This document shows, piece by piece, positions 1-12,771 of a stretch of DNA of 45,967 nt. A program made the translations under genes and the position numbers. Numbering within the stretch: the stretch's first letter is position 1; each line of letters starts with the position of its first letter. The DNA comes from Paramecium tetraurelia (Eukaryota): assembly GCA_000165425.1 (NCBI GenBank), contig CT868318.1:771067-817033 (forward strand). Direction: 5' to 3'. Below the pieces are notes generated by a model. The model was not told where the DNA came from. It did no database searches and was given only the letters and a program-made list of their open reading frames with translations.

Positions 1-72
1 ATCGAATTAATGGCTAAGAATCTAAGGGATGGCCAAATCAATCAATTAATGGAAGAATTGTAACTATTATGA
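1..72 (+). CDS. 3' end of a gene entering from the left (…IELMAKNLRDGQINQLMEELQLL*)
   Basis: Frame 1 is open under the ciliate code to TGA at 70-72, followed by AT-rich sequence. Confidence 0.5.
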
Positions 73-338
73 AATATTCATGTTTATTGTATTTATGATT
101 TTCCTATTAAACTTTGTTGTTATGGCCCAAATTAAATAGAGATGCCATTTCAAAGAGAATGCATTGTATCGTATTGAGTTTAAATAAGAATTCTCTCAAA
201 ATTTAAGGATTTTAGAATATTCTTATTGAGTATCTTTGTGAATAACTTATTTAAAAACGATTAATTATTTATAAACTGCGAATAAATGGATCAAATGATG
301 AGGTTTTATTAATTTTATTTTATAATAAATTACTTATA

Positions 339-3300
339 ATGGATGATACTCATGAAGAAGAAAATAATAATGCTTACTTGTACATTGGGTTATGGCAAAA
401 GATCACAGTTACTATAAGGATCGTTGTAGAATATATTTACTCGGATATTAAAAAGAGACCACGATCATTCAAGATTGGGTTATTTACAATCTACTTAGTA
501 GTTATGTTTTTAGCATTGATACAGAGTGCCTTCTCACTCAGTCCTCTTATTTTCATTCAATTAGCTGAAACTACGGCTGGTGATACTGATTTAGTGTTCA
601 CCCCAGTACCTACGGAGAATAAGACAAGATCGAATACTGACATTGGACCATAGAATTCAAACTTCTAAGCATCCTAGAACTTGGTAAACGGATTCAGTTT
701 AGTGAATCAGACTGAAATAGTTAAAATCACGAAGGAAATTGGTGAAATATTTGATTCAACTCCAAGATGGTTAATGATTGGAAATTTGCAAAACCCAAAA
801 GAAAATATAACTAAAATAAGTGATTAAATTCGATCATTCTTTTTATTAATTGATAGTGAGAAGGAAATCAGCATAGGATTGGGAAGGAGATTGGACACCA
901 ACATAATCAATAATAATGAAGTGCTTGTTACATCGAGTGGATTAAGAGGTTTGAATGCCACTATTGGAGACATTTTAAATATGAATATTGATGTCATTCA
1001 ATTTCTATCAACTTACGTTATTACTGAGAACAATAACAATGACCCAACTACTTTCATAATGGCTGCTTTTGACACCTACTTGAATCGTCCTTTGGAGTTG
1101 ATCTACGGAGAAAATTTCACAAGGCAAGAATACACTGGGTATTAATTAAAGGAGTTGTCTTCGGAATTCATGATTTTCACAGATATTTTAGATAGCAATC
1201 CAGATTAGAAGTAGTCATTAAAGGAAAGCTTTCAGAATTAAATTAACTAATCTGGTATTTCGGGTGATTAAAAGGATATTGCAAATACAGCCTTCGATGT
1301 CTTATTTAACCAAGAATTAGGATATTTTTCAAGACTTTTAGCCACCTTTATTCAATCATTAGGTGACAATGATGTTGTTTCTATTTATATGGTTGAGGAG
1401 GTAGTGGCTGATATAATTGCAGATTCATTAGACTTTGACATTTAACTGAGGGTTAAGGAGAGTATCAAATCACCTAAAGGGAAGTGGGCAGATGGTTTGG
1501 GTAACATCGTAGTGATGGACTTTAGAAATGCAACTATCATTTTAAGGGAAGCATTCATAATCACATTGAATAATACAATTGAAGATTATAAATAAAACAG
1601 TCCAACCAATAGCATAGAAGAAATTGTAGCTTATAATATTCCTGCTGAAGATCTTTTTGGCTACATCAGAAATTTTACTGATGCAATTAAATTGGAAGAG
1701 TTTTCATTAACTAGTAATTTGGTAGTCAGAGACAGAGTTTCCAAATACACTAATTAAGATAACATCGATAATTTTGTTTTGGATGTCTCAAACTCCTTTT
1801 TTGATAAAGTTGGGTATGATTATCCTGTTAAGATCTCTGTTCCATTGGCAACTGCAATTAAATAATACTTGCTTTTGGGAAATTTTGTAGACAATTTAGT
1901 AGTTTCAGCAACATTTCTGTTATTGATGTTATCAATTCTATTGATTTATTCATTGATGATTGGAGATGTTGAAGAGAAGACTTATGAGTTTGGAATGTTA
2001 AGAGCATTGGGATTCTAGAAATGGTGGCTCATAATTCTACTATTATTGTAAGCATTCACCTTTGCCATACCAGGCTTAGCTTTGGGATTGATCACATGTT
2101 ATATTCTGAATTCCTTGATTTCCATGTTCATATTTGATTCAGCCGTGTTGATGTCCTCATATGATATTGCAACATCAGCTATAGGTCTATCATTTGGTTT
2201 AGGCCTGTTCATTCCATTAGCAAGTAACATCCTGCCTATTTTAAGAGCTCTGTCAAAATCACTGCGAGACTCTTTAGATTTATATCATAGAGCAATAAAC
2301 GATATCTTAGTCAATGTGATTAAATTGGAGAAAATGGGAATATCAATTGATTAATTTTTTTCAGCTGCTCTCCTAGTTATTATGGGATTTGTAAGCTATT
2401 ATTTAATTCCGATGGCATTCATATTCAGTAATATTTAATTAGCACTTGCAGTAATAAATATCATTTTAATTGTAATGATAATTGGATTTACATTATTAGC
2501 TAATTTATTGGAAGAACCACTTGAGAAAGGTATTTTGAAATTGATATTATGCATTTTCAAGAAGGACAAAAATCTAGAGAAAATAATCTTCAAGAATTTG
2601 GAAGCTCATTATAGTAGAAATTGGAAAACCACATTGATGTACACAATAGCATTGGCATTCTTAATATTTGCAGGTGCAGGATTTGCATTGCAAACGAGTG
2701 TTATCACAGATGTATTGTAATCGTTTTTAGGGGCTGACATAAGTGTGTAGGCTCTGCAATCAGATAAAAGAGGATTGGATGAATATAATATAAGAGTGTT
2801 TTTAAATAAGACAATCACAGAAGACCCGTCTCTTATTTAAGATTACTCGTTTACTTCTTTAATGTTATCTCAAATACCTGAAATGCCATAGAGTCACTTT
2901 ATTTCCACTTTGGCAAAGTTCCCATTCAAGAAGGTCTTCTTGGGAGCAGTAGAACAAAATTATTTAAGTGCTTGTTTAGATGCCTTTTATATTCCAAATG
3001 ATTACGATGCAAAAGTAAAGTATGCAACATTGACAGATGGAGTGAAGGATGGTGTCTCTGGTATATATGATAGATCAGATGTTCAAGATAGAGATGCCTT
3101 TTATGATCCATTCACTCTGGTAGGATCATAGTAGATCAGATAACAATGGTACAAAGATTTGAGTTACGAAAAACCCAACTTATAGTATTTATATTCTCAA
3201 GTATTCTAGTACGACAATAGATAGGGAAATCAACATTGTGGTTCCTTAAGGTTACATCTATGAAGCGGGTATAAATGTTGACACTCCATCAATCTTATAT

Positions 3301-4140
3301 GTAGACAGAAGACTGTACAGAACTAATGTTAGACACATGGCTACCAAGGTTCCAGGGTATTTGTTTTCTAGTTATCGATCAATGGTTGGAAATGGATTGA
3401 TTAGTATGGAGGATGCTTTATACATTATTAACGATTATTTCCAGTAAGCAATTATTTAATTATTTATTAGAGGTGATATTCGAGAAGGCAATCTAGAGAA
3501 TGAAAGAGCCAATTTGTATTTTTAGTCTCTTCCAAAAAATTTATCTTATGGATTACCTAAGGATAATTTACAAATTAAATTTGGGAGATCAACTACTGAA
3601 TAAGAGAGGGTAGATTTTTCAAATGCACTCAGAAACTACTTCTTGAACGAACAGACTCTTCTGTTTGATGTCATTACACTAAAGAAAGAGGCTGAAGATA
3701 CCTTCTATTTCATTACCATCTTTTATGTGTTGGTTGCCATCGTAGCCATGACTCTGTCGTTCTTCCTCATCTTGGTTTCCTTTGTCAGCAATGTTAAGGA
3801 TAACTCTTGGGAGTTTGGCGTGTTAAGAGCTGTGGGCTTAAATAAGGTAATATTGAGATAATCAATTTAGGCTTAAATCACAAGGGTGTACATATATGAA
3901 GCAGTGTCCTTGATTACAGCATCAGGACTGATTGGAACAATTGTTGGTTTGGTTGTTGCAATCACATTAACTTTGTAAATTCTCATGTTCACTGAATTTT
4001 CCTTCAAATTCATATTCCCAACAGAGATATTTTTGATAACATTCTTAGGAGGGTTCATCACAGCTACAGGGGCTAGTTATTTGGCAGTTTTAGAAATCAG
4101 AGACAAGAGCATATCAACAATACTTAAAGGGTTGTATTGA
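339..4140 (+). CDS. FtsX/MacB/LolE-type (type VII ABC) permease-like membrane protein with two repeated halves
   Basis: Continuous frame with TAA/TAG=Gln. FtsX-like motifs 'EEKTYEFGMLRALG' and 'KDNSWEFGVLRAVGLNK-AQITRVYIYE', each with TM clusters after a large lumenal domain. Introns about 3185-3209, 3444-3470, 3847-3870; TGA 4138-4140. Confidence 0.85.
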
Positions 4141-4197
4141 TAATAATAATTAAATTATTAATCATCATGTTTCAATTAATATAAATTATTTATAATC

Positions 4198-5170
4198 ATG
4201 GGAGGATGTCCAACCAAATGCGAAGTTAAATGTGGGGGTGGTTTCAGGTACGAAGGAAGCACTCTCGAATTAAACTTTGAATAATAACCAGATATCTTAC
4301 GAAATAAAGATCGAAATAGATCAGCTTCAAGTTCTCATTAAGGAGAATCAGCAACCTTACCAGCCACTAACTTTAGACGAGAATTAGAATACACAGATAA
4401 CATTTTATAGACTTAATCAGACCCAAAAAATGAATTAATTGCTAGTAATATTGAAGTGGAGTTGCTTCCAATTTTTGTAATAACGAAATAAATTAATGAG
4501 TCAGCGGTTTCCTACAGATAAAATAGGTTCATGGAGGATTTAGAAATAGAAGTCAAAGCCAGAATTCAAGAAATGTATTTATCATTTAAAACCAATTAGA
4601 AACCGACAAGAACAAGAAGAGAGGCAAAGATTAATCATTAAGGAAATTGTTAAGAAACAATTGGAACAAGAAAAATAGAAATCAGAATTAATATCGAAAT
4701 CTTAAACTAATTAATAATAAGAATATTCATAATAGTTTAATTAAAAATAATCGTTATCACCAAAAAAGAATGCTTCAAAAGAATCCAAAGATTCTTAATT
4801 GGCATCTTTTTAATCTAGCTCATTATAATTGTCCTCTGAAAAGTAATCCAACATACAATCCTCAATTAATAAAACAGACCCCTTGAAATACTCTTCAAAA
4901 AATCCACATCAGATGCAGGCATATGAAAAATTAATAAGTAATTTTTATCTAGAAGACGGCAGTAATTATAGCAGACATAAAGGAATTCTTAAATAAAATA
5001 CTTAACTTAAATTTTCACATACATCCAAAAGTTTGCCTAATAAAAGGATGGTTTAATCCAAAGTATTCAAAAAGAAGAGAGTTCATTTCTCTTAAGATAC
5101 CAATTTTAATTTTGAAAAAAAAAGTGAAGAAAAGAAAGCCTCTAAAACCTGGTGGAAATCTTTATTTTGA
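4198..5170 (+). CDS. Hypothetical protein with N-terminal MGGC (myristoylation-like) and C-terminal GILK and RVHF motifs
   Basis: ATG 4198; a 25-nt intron at 4575-4599 restores the frame to …KKKRVHFS…WWKSLF* (TGA 5168-5170). Confidence 0.7.
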
Positions 5171-5262
5171 TCCTTCATTATTTTTATTATTTAATGATAA
5201 TCAATTACTTATTCCTCTAAAGTTTAAATTTACTAATAATTAATAGACAATGTATATAAATA

Positions 5263-6082
5263 TCAATCTTTTGCTGCTCTGTAAATCTTATTGCATGCAT
5301 CTTCCAACAAACCTAGTAAATTCTCTTAGCTCTCCTCTCTTAATTTCTTTTCTTCCTCTATTTCGCTCTTTACTCTTGAAACCAGATCTTTTAGCATCTC
5401 AAATATTGCTGATTCACTCTCCTCTCTAATTATTTCTATTTAATATCAATACCTTAATTTCTTTTGATTACCCAATCCTTCATTTAATCTCTTAATTTCA
5501 TCTCCTGCTCTTCTTAATGTACCATTATCACTATCTTCTCTATCTTGTCCTTCTGTCTTCACTAAATCATAGAGCTTTGGTAAATCATTCTCTAGAGAAG
5601 TAGTGATATTTTCAATTTATTCCTATCTAATTTTACTCTCTGTCTAAATATCTGATTTTAAATAGACAACCTAAAAATGTTATAGAGTATTACTTTTTCA
5701 TCCAAATAGCCTTATAATTTAAGGTTACCATCCTTCCTAATTGAAATTTCTTATTCCAATTTAGTCGTTATACGACTCTCAAAAGCAGCAACCTCTCTCA
5801 CTCTTTATTCAAACTGAGTTTCAAACGCATTGTTTTCTTCCTCAATCTATTTTTACAATCTCACTATTTCATCTTTTAGAGAATGCTAAAATGAGATTAA
5901 ATTTATACAAGTTTTCTGTTATATGATGTGATTGTATCTTGGATTCTTTCTTCTACACCAGAGACACGGCCACAAATGACATCAATACGATGAGCCTTAG
6001 AACTATCGTGATGTAGTTGGATTGAACTGAGTTTTTCTGAGATTTTAGCAAATCGTTCGTTGAATGGTGTATTTGGATTCAT
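5263..6082 (-). CDS. SF-assemblin/beta-giardin family coiled-coil protein (striated rootlet / kinetodesmal fibre)
   Basis: MNPNTPFNERFAKISEKLSSIQLHHDSSKAHRID… to …NLLGLLEDACNKIYRAAKD*; about 250 aa of heptad coiled coil; short introns near 5886-5908 and 5671-5693. Confidence 0.75.
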
Positions 6083-6119
6083 TTTATTTATTTTATTAAC
6101 AAATTTTATTTGTATTATT

Positions 6120-6804
6120 ATGAATAAATAACAGTGTGATTACCATTATAGTTTTAAATTTATCATAGTGGGTAATGCTGGGGTTGGGAAAAGTTGTTTA
6201 CTCCATTAATTTATTGAAGGTTAGTTTAAAAATAATATCGATTCAACCATTGGAATAGGATTCGGATAGAAGGACATCAATTACAAAGACAATGTAATCA
6301 GAATTAATATTTGGGATACTGTAAACTTCATAATATTATTTAGGCAGGTTAAGAGTCATTTAGGTCCATTACAAGAGCGTATTATCGAGGGTAAAGAAAT
6401 GAAAATTAACATTTAGATCTATTGCATGTTTATTAGTTTACGATGTGACTAAGAAAAAGACATTCCACCATCTCATTAATTGGCTAAATGAGGTGAAGTA
6501 AGATTCATCAGCTGAGATTATGATAGTTGGAAATAAGATCGACTAGTGGGGAAGAGAAGTTTCCCAAGATGAGGGACAATAACTAGCCCAACAAACAGGC
6601 TGTCTATATTTAGAGACTTCAGCAAGAACAGGTGAAAATGTAATACTCGCTTTTGAAACCTTGGTACAAAGAATATATACGAAAATTTAAAATAAGGAGA
6701 TAGATTTAAACGATCCATAAAATGGAATTAAATTGGGCACCATGACAGAAGTAAAACCAGTCATTAATCAATCTAATGGAAACTAGAATTCATCATGTTG
6801 CTGA
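6120..6804 (+). CDS. Rab GTPase (Rab2/Rab4/Rab14-like)
   Basis: GNAGVGKS P-loop, WDT|AGQESFRSITRAYYRG, GNKID, ETSA, C-terminal CC; introns 6321-6343 and 6391-6416. Confidence 0.95.
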
Positions 6805-7343
6805 TGAATTTTTGATGTTTATTTTAACAAATGATTTATTTTAAGAATTTCGCAAAATATAGAATAAATTAAGCAGCTTTAATCTAAAAATAAACTCTTT
6901 TTATTTTCTTAAAATTACAAATAACTTATGTTCTTAAATTTACTATTTTTAGATATTAGACTATTTACAATACTGATTCATTCATACTGTTATTCCTTAG
7001 TTTTATAATATTATTTCAAATTTTAAGATAAAAAAGAGATTTAGCTTTCATGTTCATTATGATATAGGTTTTGTAGTTCTTCATTTATTTTTTAATATCT
7101 ATGATGTTGGCTAGATTATACATACTATAGCTATAATCAAGTCAAACATCATTAATAACTGCTATTTCAACTAGAATTATATAATGTTGAATTATAATAA
7201 AAATAATAAAGGAGAAGATGGAAAGAACTATTGTAATTTACAAGACAATTTTAAGATATAATACAATTATGAACATTTTGTAATTAATAAACAACATATA
7301 CTAAAATTATGATATAATGATAATAATTTTATACTTATATCAA

Positions 7344-8478
7344 TCATTTTCTAAACAGCGAAAATCGAGTTTCATGGTATTTACAATTAAATCAAAATTT
7401 CTAGATAGTTGATAATATTAAAATACTTTGCTATGTTACTTGAAGAATGGGACATTTAATGTTCAAATTTTTACTCATATAATTTAAGAATGGTTTCTTT
7501 GACTTTCTAGATCTATGAAATCAAAATCTTTTCTTCACCTTAACTGTTTTAATTAGATTTAGTTGATGCTTTAGTGGATGTCTAATTCATTTTAACTTAT
7601 CTAGTTTTTTCTAATAATGAACTTTATTTCATTTTTTATTAGGATGGAGTTTATGGGACTAATAATATGAGATATCATTACCATCTGCAACGATTTCTTA
7701 AGACATTTTCATGTTAATTTATTTAGATTAGACAGCCTTTTTTTATGCAATTTGATTAGGAGTAGGTTGAGGTTGAACCTTAGATGTTTATGGTCTAACA
7801 TTGGTAGTATTCTTCTTTTAAATAAGAGCTTGATTTTGTTGAGATATTGTTTATTGTTGCGAATTAGCAAAAATGTTGGCATCTTTAGAATATACTACTG
7901 ATTTTTTCTTTTCGTTATTCACTTTTAATGATAAAATAGTAAGATACCTTAATCCTTAAGAGTTGATTTGGTAGTACTGGGGACTTTGCCTATAGCTTTG
8001 CTTTAAATGGTTGGTTGGACTGAAGAGACCGATTCTAGAAACTGCTATTATTCATCTTCTTCTAAGATTAAATGAGGATAGGTGCCAGACTTAGTCTAAG
8101 GACTTTCATGTTCAGGAGATTCCTCTAATATTAGATAATTAATTACGTATGATGCTTCCTGCTATTGTACCTTGATTGAGAGAAACAGAATGGGTTTTTT
8201 ATTGTTTCCATGAATTTATCAAATTGTCAACATTTTGATTTTATTGTCTGAGATTCAGGACTTAAATGAGATAACTTTAAGAATATACATTTTTCGACTG
8301 ATTAAGATTATTTTTCACTATTTCTGCTACTCTTAACTTCAGGGACGTTGATTCCATTTGTTTACTATCTGTCTGAGGATATATTACGAGTTCTTTATGA
8401 AGTTTAGGCTAGCTTCTCTTGAATTTGTTCTAATTCTTCGAATTTCGCTATATATCGATTATTTATCTGAGCAGACAT
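7344..8478 (-). CDS. Hypothetical low-complexity (Q/N/S/K-rich) protein
   Basis: MSAQINNRYIAKFEELEQIQEKL… to …HETRFSLFRK*; short intron near 7922-7947; no recognisable domain. Confidence 0.6.
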
Positions 8479-8530
8479 TTTAATTTATTTAATTAGAGTT
8501 ATAAGTGTTATTATAAACAAATAAAGAACA

Positions 8531-9881
8531 TCACTTATGGAAAATATTCTTGACCTTATCAAAAACCCCATCACCAGTCTAATCTTAGGATTAGGCTTTC
8601 TCCAACTATTGAATATTGAATAACTTAAATACTTTGGCTAATTCCTGGAATATCTCTTTTTGCTTATCATTTATTTTGGTGGGTATTTGTATTTTGAAAT
8701 TGATAACCTAATCCCCTTTCTAATTTTGATTGGGTGCCAATTTGTTAATTCCCTTAAATAATTACAATAGAATATACTAAGCCACTCAATCTCATTTTCT
8801 CTCCATCCTAACATCCAGGCTTCACAGAAACCTACTTATCCCCACTCAAAGTCTTAATGTTTATAGTATCTCCTAACACTGCTTAAGCAATAGAAATGTA
8901 AGCATTGGTAATTAAATCATAGCCATCCCTTTTAAAGTAAGGATCAGGTTTGACTTAAATTTTAACAATAAGATCTCCTGCTTTTCCTCCATTTTCTCCT
9001 ACGTTTCCTTTGCCTGTCATTCTTAAATTTTGACCATCTGCTATTCCCTTTGGTATGTTGATAGTTTCATTTGTTGGCTGTTTCTAAATACCCATACCTC
9101 TACATGAAGTGCCTAAATGATGATATACAATAAATACAAGGATTTTTGATGGAGATTCCTGTTCCTCTACATTTAGTGCATGCCATTTGTATAGTCATGG
9201 CTCCTTGTCTATAATTGATAGATCCTCTTCCTCCGCAATTAGTGCATCTTCCTGGTGCAGTTCCAGGTTTGCATTTAGTACCATTACAGGTGGTACATGT
9301 TCCTATTTTCTCAAATTAAATTGTCTATTGGGATCCTTGAACACTATCCATAAACGAAATTTCCATTTGGACATAAATGTCAGCTCCTTTAATAGTTCTT
9401 TCAGCTTCTCCTCCCATATTAAAAAAGGATGCAAAATCGCCAAAAATGGATTCATCAAATTCATATTCTTAACCTCTGCCTCCTCTTGCTCCTTGTCTAA
9501 AGAAACTACTGTATGCAGCAAAAGGATCCTATGCTCCAGCCTAATCCTGTTCATCTCCAGTCATTCCTACTTAGTCATAGACTCTTCTTTTATTTTCATC
9601 AGATAGTGTTTCATATGCACTAGATTTGTAGAAGAGAATTTTAACTTATTTATTTCAGCAAACTTCTCTTTGGCATCCTTGGATGGATTTGCATCTGGAT
9701 GATACTTCTTGGCTAATCCATAATAGGCTTTTTTGATATCATTCGATGAGGCATTCTTAGGTACTCCCAACAATTCTAATTGCTTAGATACAGTATTACC
9801 ATACAAATCTCTCTTGGATGAGAAAGTGAAAAATGGAGTGAATGCAAATCTTCTAAAAACATTTCTGGCAAAAACTTGCAT
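8531..9881 (-). CDS. dnaJ: Type I DnaJ/Hsp40, probably mitochondrial (Tid1/Mdj1-like)
   Basis: Basic/aromatic presequence [15 protein letters not shown] domain with HPD, G/F region, CxxCxGxG zinc-finger repeats, C-terminal GKAGDL; several tiny introns. Confidence 0.93.
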
Positions 9882-9910
9882 TGACAACCGGAAATAAATT
9901 ATTATTAAAA

Positions 9911-12238
9911 TCACTAAGTAATCATTTTCATAAATTCATTCAGTTGCTCATGTTTACTAAATACCAATTCTATTGATTGATGTTTCGAAATTACTAGAAT
10001 CAATGATTATTAACATTGTTTCACCTCCTTTATTTATCGTAGACATAATGCTGATTCCTTTTAGCCTAAATCATGAATCATCCTATTAGAATTATAGAAT
10101 TCCAAACATTTCATCTTCTGATTACATTTCACAAATTTGCTTGAAAATGCTGAACATCCACTCTGATTACTTGATGATTGTTGTCGAAATGTTCTCTTCA
10201 ATACTTTAAAAATTGATATTCTATCTCCTTTCATTTATTGAGGAGGAGATTTCTCCATTTGAAAATCCGGGAATCTCCTTGCAGAGGACTAATACTCCAA
10301 TAATTTCATACATGTAAACTCAATGATTGCTCTATAGATATGTGATGATTATTTGATTGAGGTGATAACAATGGGTTTTTTTGAGATGTTTAAGATGACA
10401 AACTAGTTTGTTATTTTAAAGCCAACTTTGTCTTAGAACACAATGGATCAGACGAACGATGTCCCAAAAAACTATAAGCAGAGAGACTTCTGTCAGTAGG
10501 CTCATTCATAAATAATTATTTTTTGGACCTGAGCACTGAATATTTGTGAGTTGTTCTCTCTTGAGACATATCAATTTATATAGTTCCTATCATACTGACA
10601 TCTCTAGAATCGGAGGGAGGAATATTCTCTTTTTTAGTCTTCAAAATAGATTCATTCAATTCCATTAGGTATTTAGTTTACATTTAATCTAATTAGAAAT
10701 ATGTATGATACTTTCTTAATCTTCCAGTTACTTGAGTTTCTGTCTATAATTTTCAATGTTTTAATTGTAGAGAATTTGTTGCTGCTAATACTATCTCCTA
10801 TTTTCTTCTATTTGTTACTCTATATTATCATTAACTATGTTTGAATCGAGAATTAAAATGGGTAATTTTTGAGATTGACTTGAGAATATCTTATAATAGT
10901 AATCCTATTCAATTTGAATTGAGTAATGAAGTTCTTTGATTTAAGATTGCAACTATTGTTCCATCTAATTTACATTGTTTTGGATTTCTTTGATTTATGC
11001 TGGGAATGTGATTTCGAAGAGAGTTTTATTTTACGACTTTAAACACTCTATGTGATTCATTCTATCAAGGATCTGCTGCAATCTTAAGGCTGTTTGATTC
11101 TTCTCAAGAACAGGCAAATTAGACTCAAGTCTATTGTATTAGGTTTAGATCATTGATTGTTCATACATTATCTGATGTATTTGTCTCTGTATATCGACAA
11201 GATGTGCTCTATTCTTAATTTATTATTTTTGTACTTATGCTATTTCAATTTGGATTCTATTTTGAACTTGGATATTCTTTTAGTTAATTCATTTGTAAGA
11301 AATTAAGAGTACTCTACTATTTATGCCTAATCCAAGTATTCTTGAAATACGGTGCTATTAAATACTCTAAACTTATTATCATTTTCTATTTATCGAATGC
11401 TATCAATAATCACATTCTAATTCACTTTAGAATTGAGTCCTTTAACAATTTTATCGTTGATTAGCAATACTATGTTGCAAAATAAGTCCAATTATTACTC
11501 AGCTTTTGCTTATGATACAATTGAATTGTAAAGTTGATCCACATTGAACCAAGAAGATTGCAAGCCCTTCATTTATTTTTCAATTTAAATAGATTTGGTT
11601 TGCAACTCCAAATTGTTAATTACTTTTATGATGTCAGTTTGGATGATTTCCTTTTCTTATCGTTAATTTGCTAATAGTATATAATTGTGTTTTAGTTGGC
11701 TCAAACTTTTGTTTATTTCAAACAGAGTCTTGACATTGTTGCATTGTGATTTGTTTTGCTGTGAATCTATGATCTATTCTAGCTCTTCATATTCAATTAG
11801 GAGAGTATCCATTTATAATATTCTTCCTTCGACATCATTTTGAATCATTTTCTTTTGCTCTTGAAATTGAATAATCTTGGATTCTGTTTGAAAGATCCTC
11901 TCAAGTTAAATTAACTTAGATTCTGAATGCTTTAACAGGATTTATTATTGTTGTATAGTTATCTTCTATCCATTTTGTTGTGATAGTGGATTCAGAAAGA
12001 ACCCAACCTTTTTGGTCCAATTATTATTATGTAATGCGTACTTAAGTTCTTGTATTGTAATCTGTTGATGTTGCTTTTCCAATTGATCTGTTAATAGTTG
12101 CTATTTGTTCATGTAGTCTTTGATTATTTATTGGTTTTTGTCATTCAAATCGTTTATGGATGAGATGATGTTGTCTTGCTGCTGTTTTAGGGCTTGCAAT
12201 TTGTTAACTGAATTGGAGTTTCTGTTCTTTAATTTCAT
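9911..12238 (-). CDS. Hypothetical coiled-coil protein with a possible C-terminal PH-like domain
   Basis: [21 protein letters not shown]… long Q/L heptads; ends …[22 protein letters not shown] (strand-then-helix pattern; the PH call is inference). Confidence 0.65.
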
Positions 12239-12275
12239 TAGATTTAAATAATTTTATATACGGTTAATTAAATAA

Positions 12276-12715
12276 ATGGGTACTAAAAGAAAGAGAGTGA
12301 TAATGCAGGCGGGATCCCTTTTGAATCCAATCTTTAGATACATTTTGAAGATGAATTTCGTTGCCAATCCCACAGATGTTCATGGCACAAGGCTACTGAG
12401 GTTTATTTAATGAGCATACCCCTTTTTAGACACTTGCAATATCAAACAATGAATCTTAATAAGAAATTGCACCAGCCTAACTTTGAATCCCATTACAGAG
12501 AGTCAGTCGAATGCATTTCAAGTAAATGGGAAATCAAATTTGGTATGTGCTTTTGATTATTCCAAGTGAATGGGTGGGAGAGAACATTCTACATGAAATA
12601 CGCAGACATGTCGACTTTACATCAAACTATCAGACAATACAATCATTTCATCGAAGGTCAAAGGGCTCTTCAAGGCGAGGATGATGAACCCGAGGATACC
12701 CTTTTATAATATTGA
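12276..12715 (+). CDS. MRPL53: Probable mitochondrial large-subunit ribosomal protein mL53 (MRPL53/yeast MrpL44-like)
   Basis: With introns 12401-12429 and about 12543-12566: …FRYILKMNFVANPTDVHGTRLLRHLQ…SKWEIKFVNGWERTFYMKYADMSTLHQTIRQYN…, matching the mL53 pattern (F-x-P…R…V-x-F-x-D/N-G). Confidence 0.55.
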
Positions 12716-12771
12716 ATAAAATATATGAGAGAGAATAATCAGTGCGGGATTTATTATATTTCTTTTAATAA

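Noticed and set aside
339..4140. Frequent in-frame TAA/TAG read as pseudogenisation or phage-type recoding
   Set aside because: Systematic Gln reassignment plus spliceosomal micro-introns indicates the ordinary ciliate nuclear code
6830..7320. Possible small gene between Rab and the next gene
   Set aside because: Several short open frames on both strands but no convincing start, motif or splice model
9187..9606. 139-aa plus-strand ORF and other antisense ORFs in the track (2609, 2926, 3873, 6518, 12725, 19323-20113, 24757, 25724, 25854, 36969, 43263)
   Set aside because: They are shadows of genuine genes on the opposite strand or in another frame
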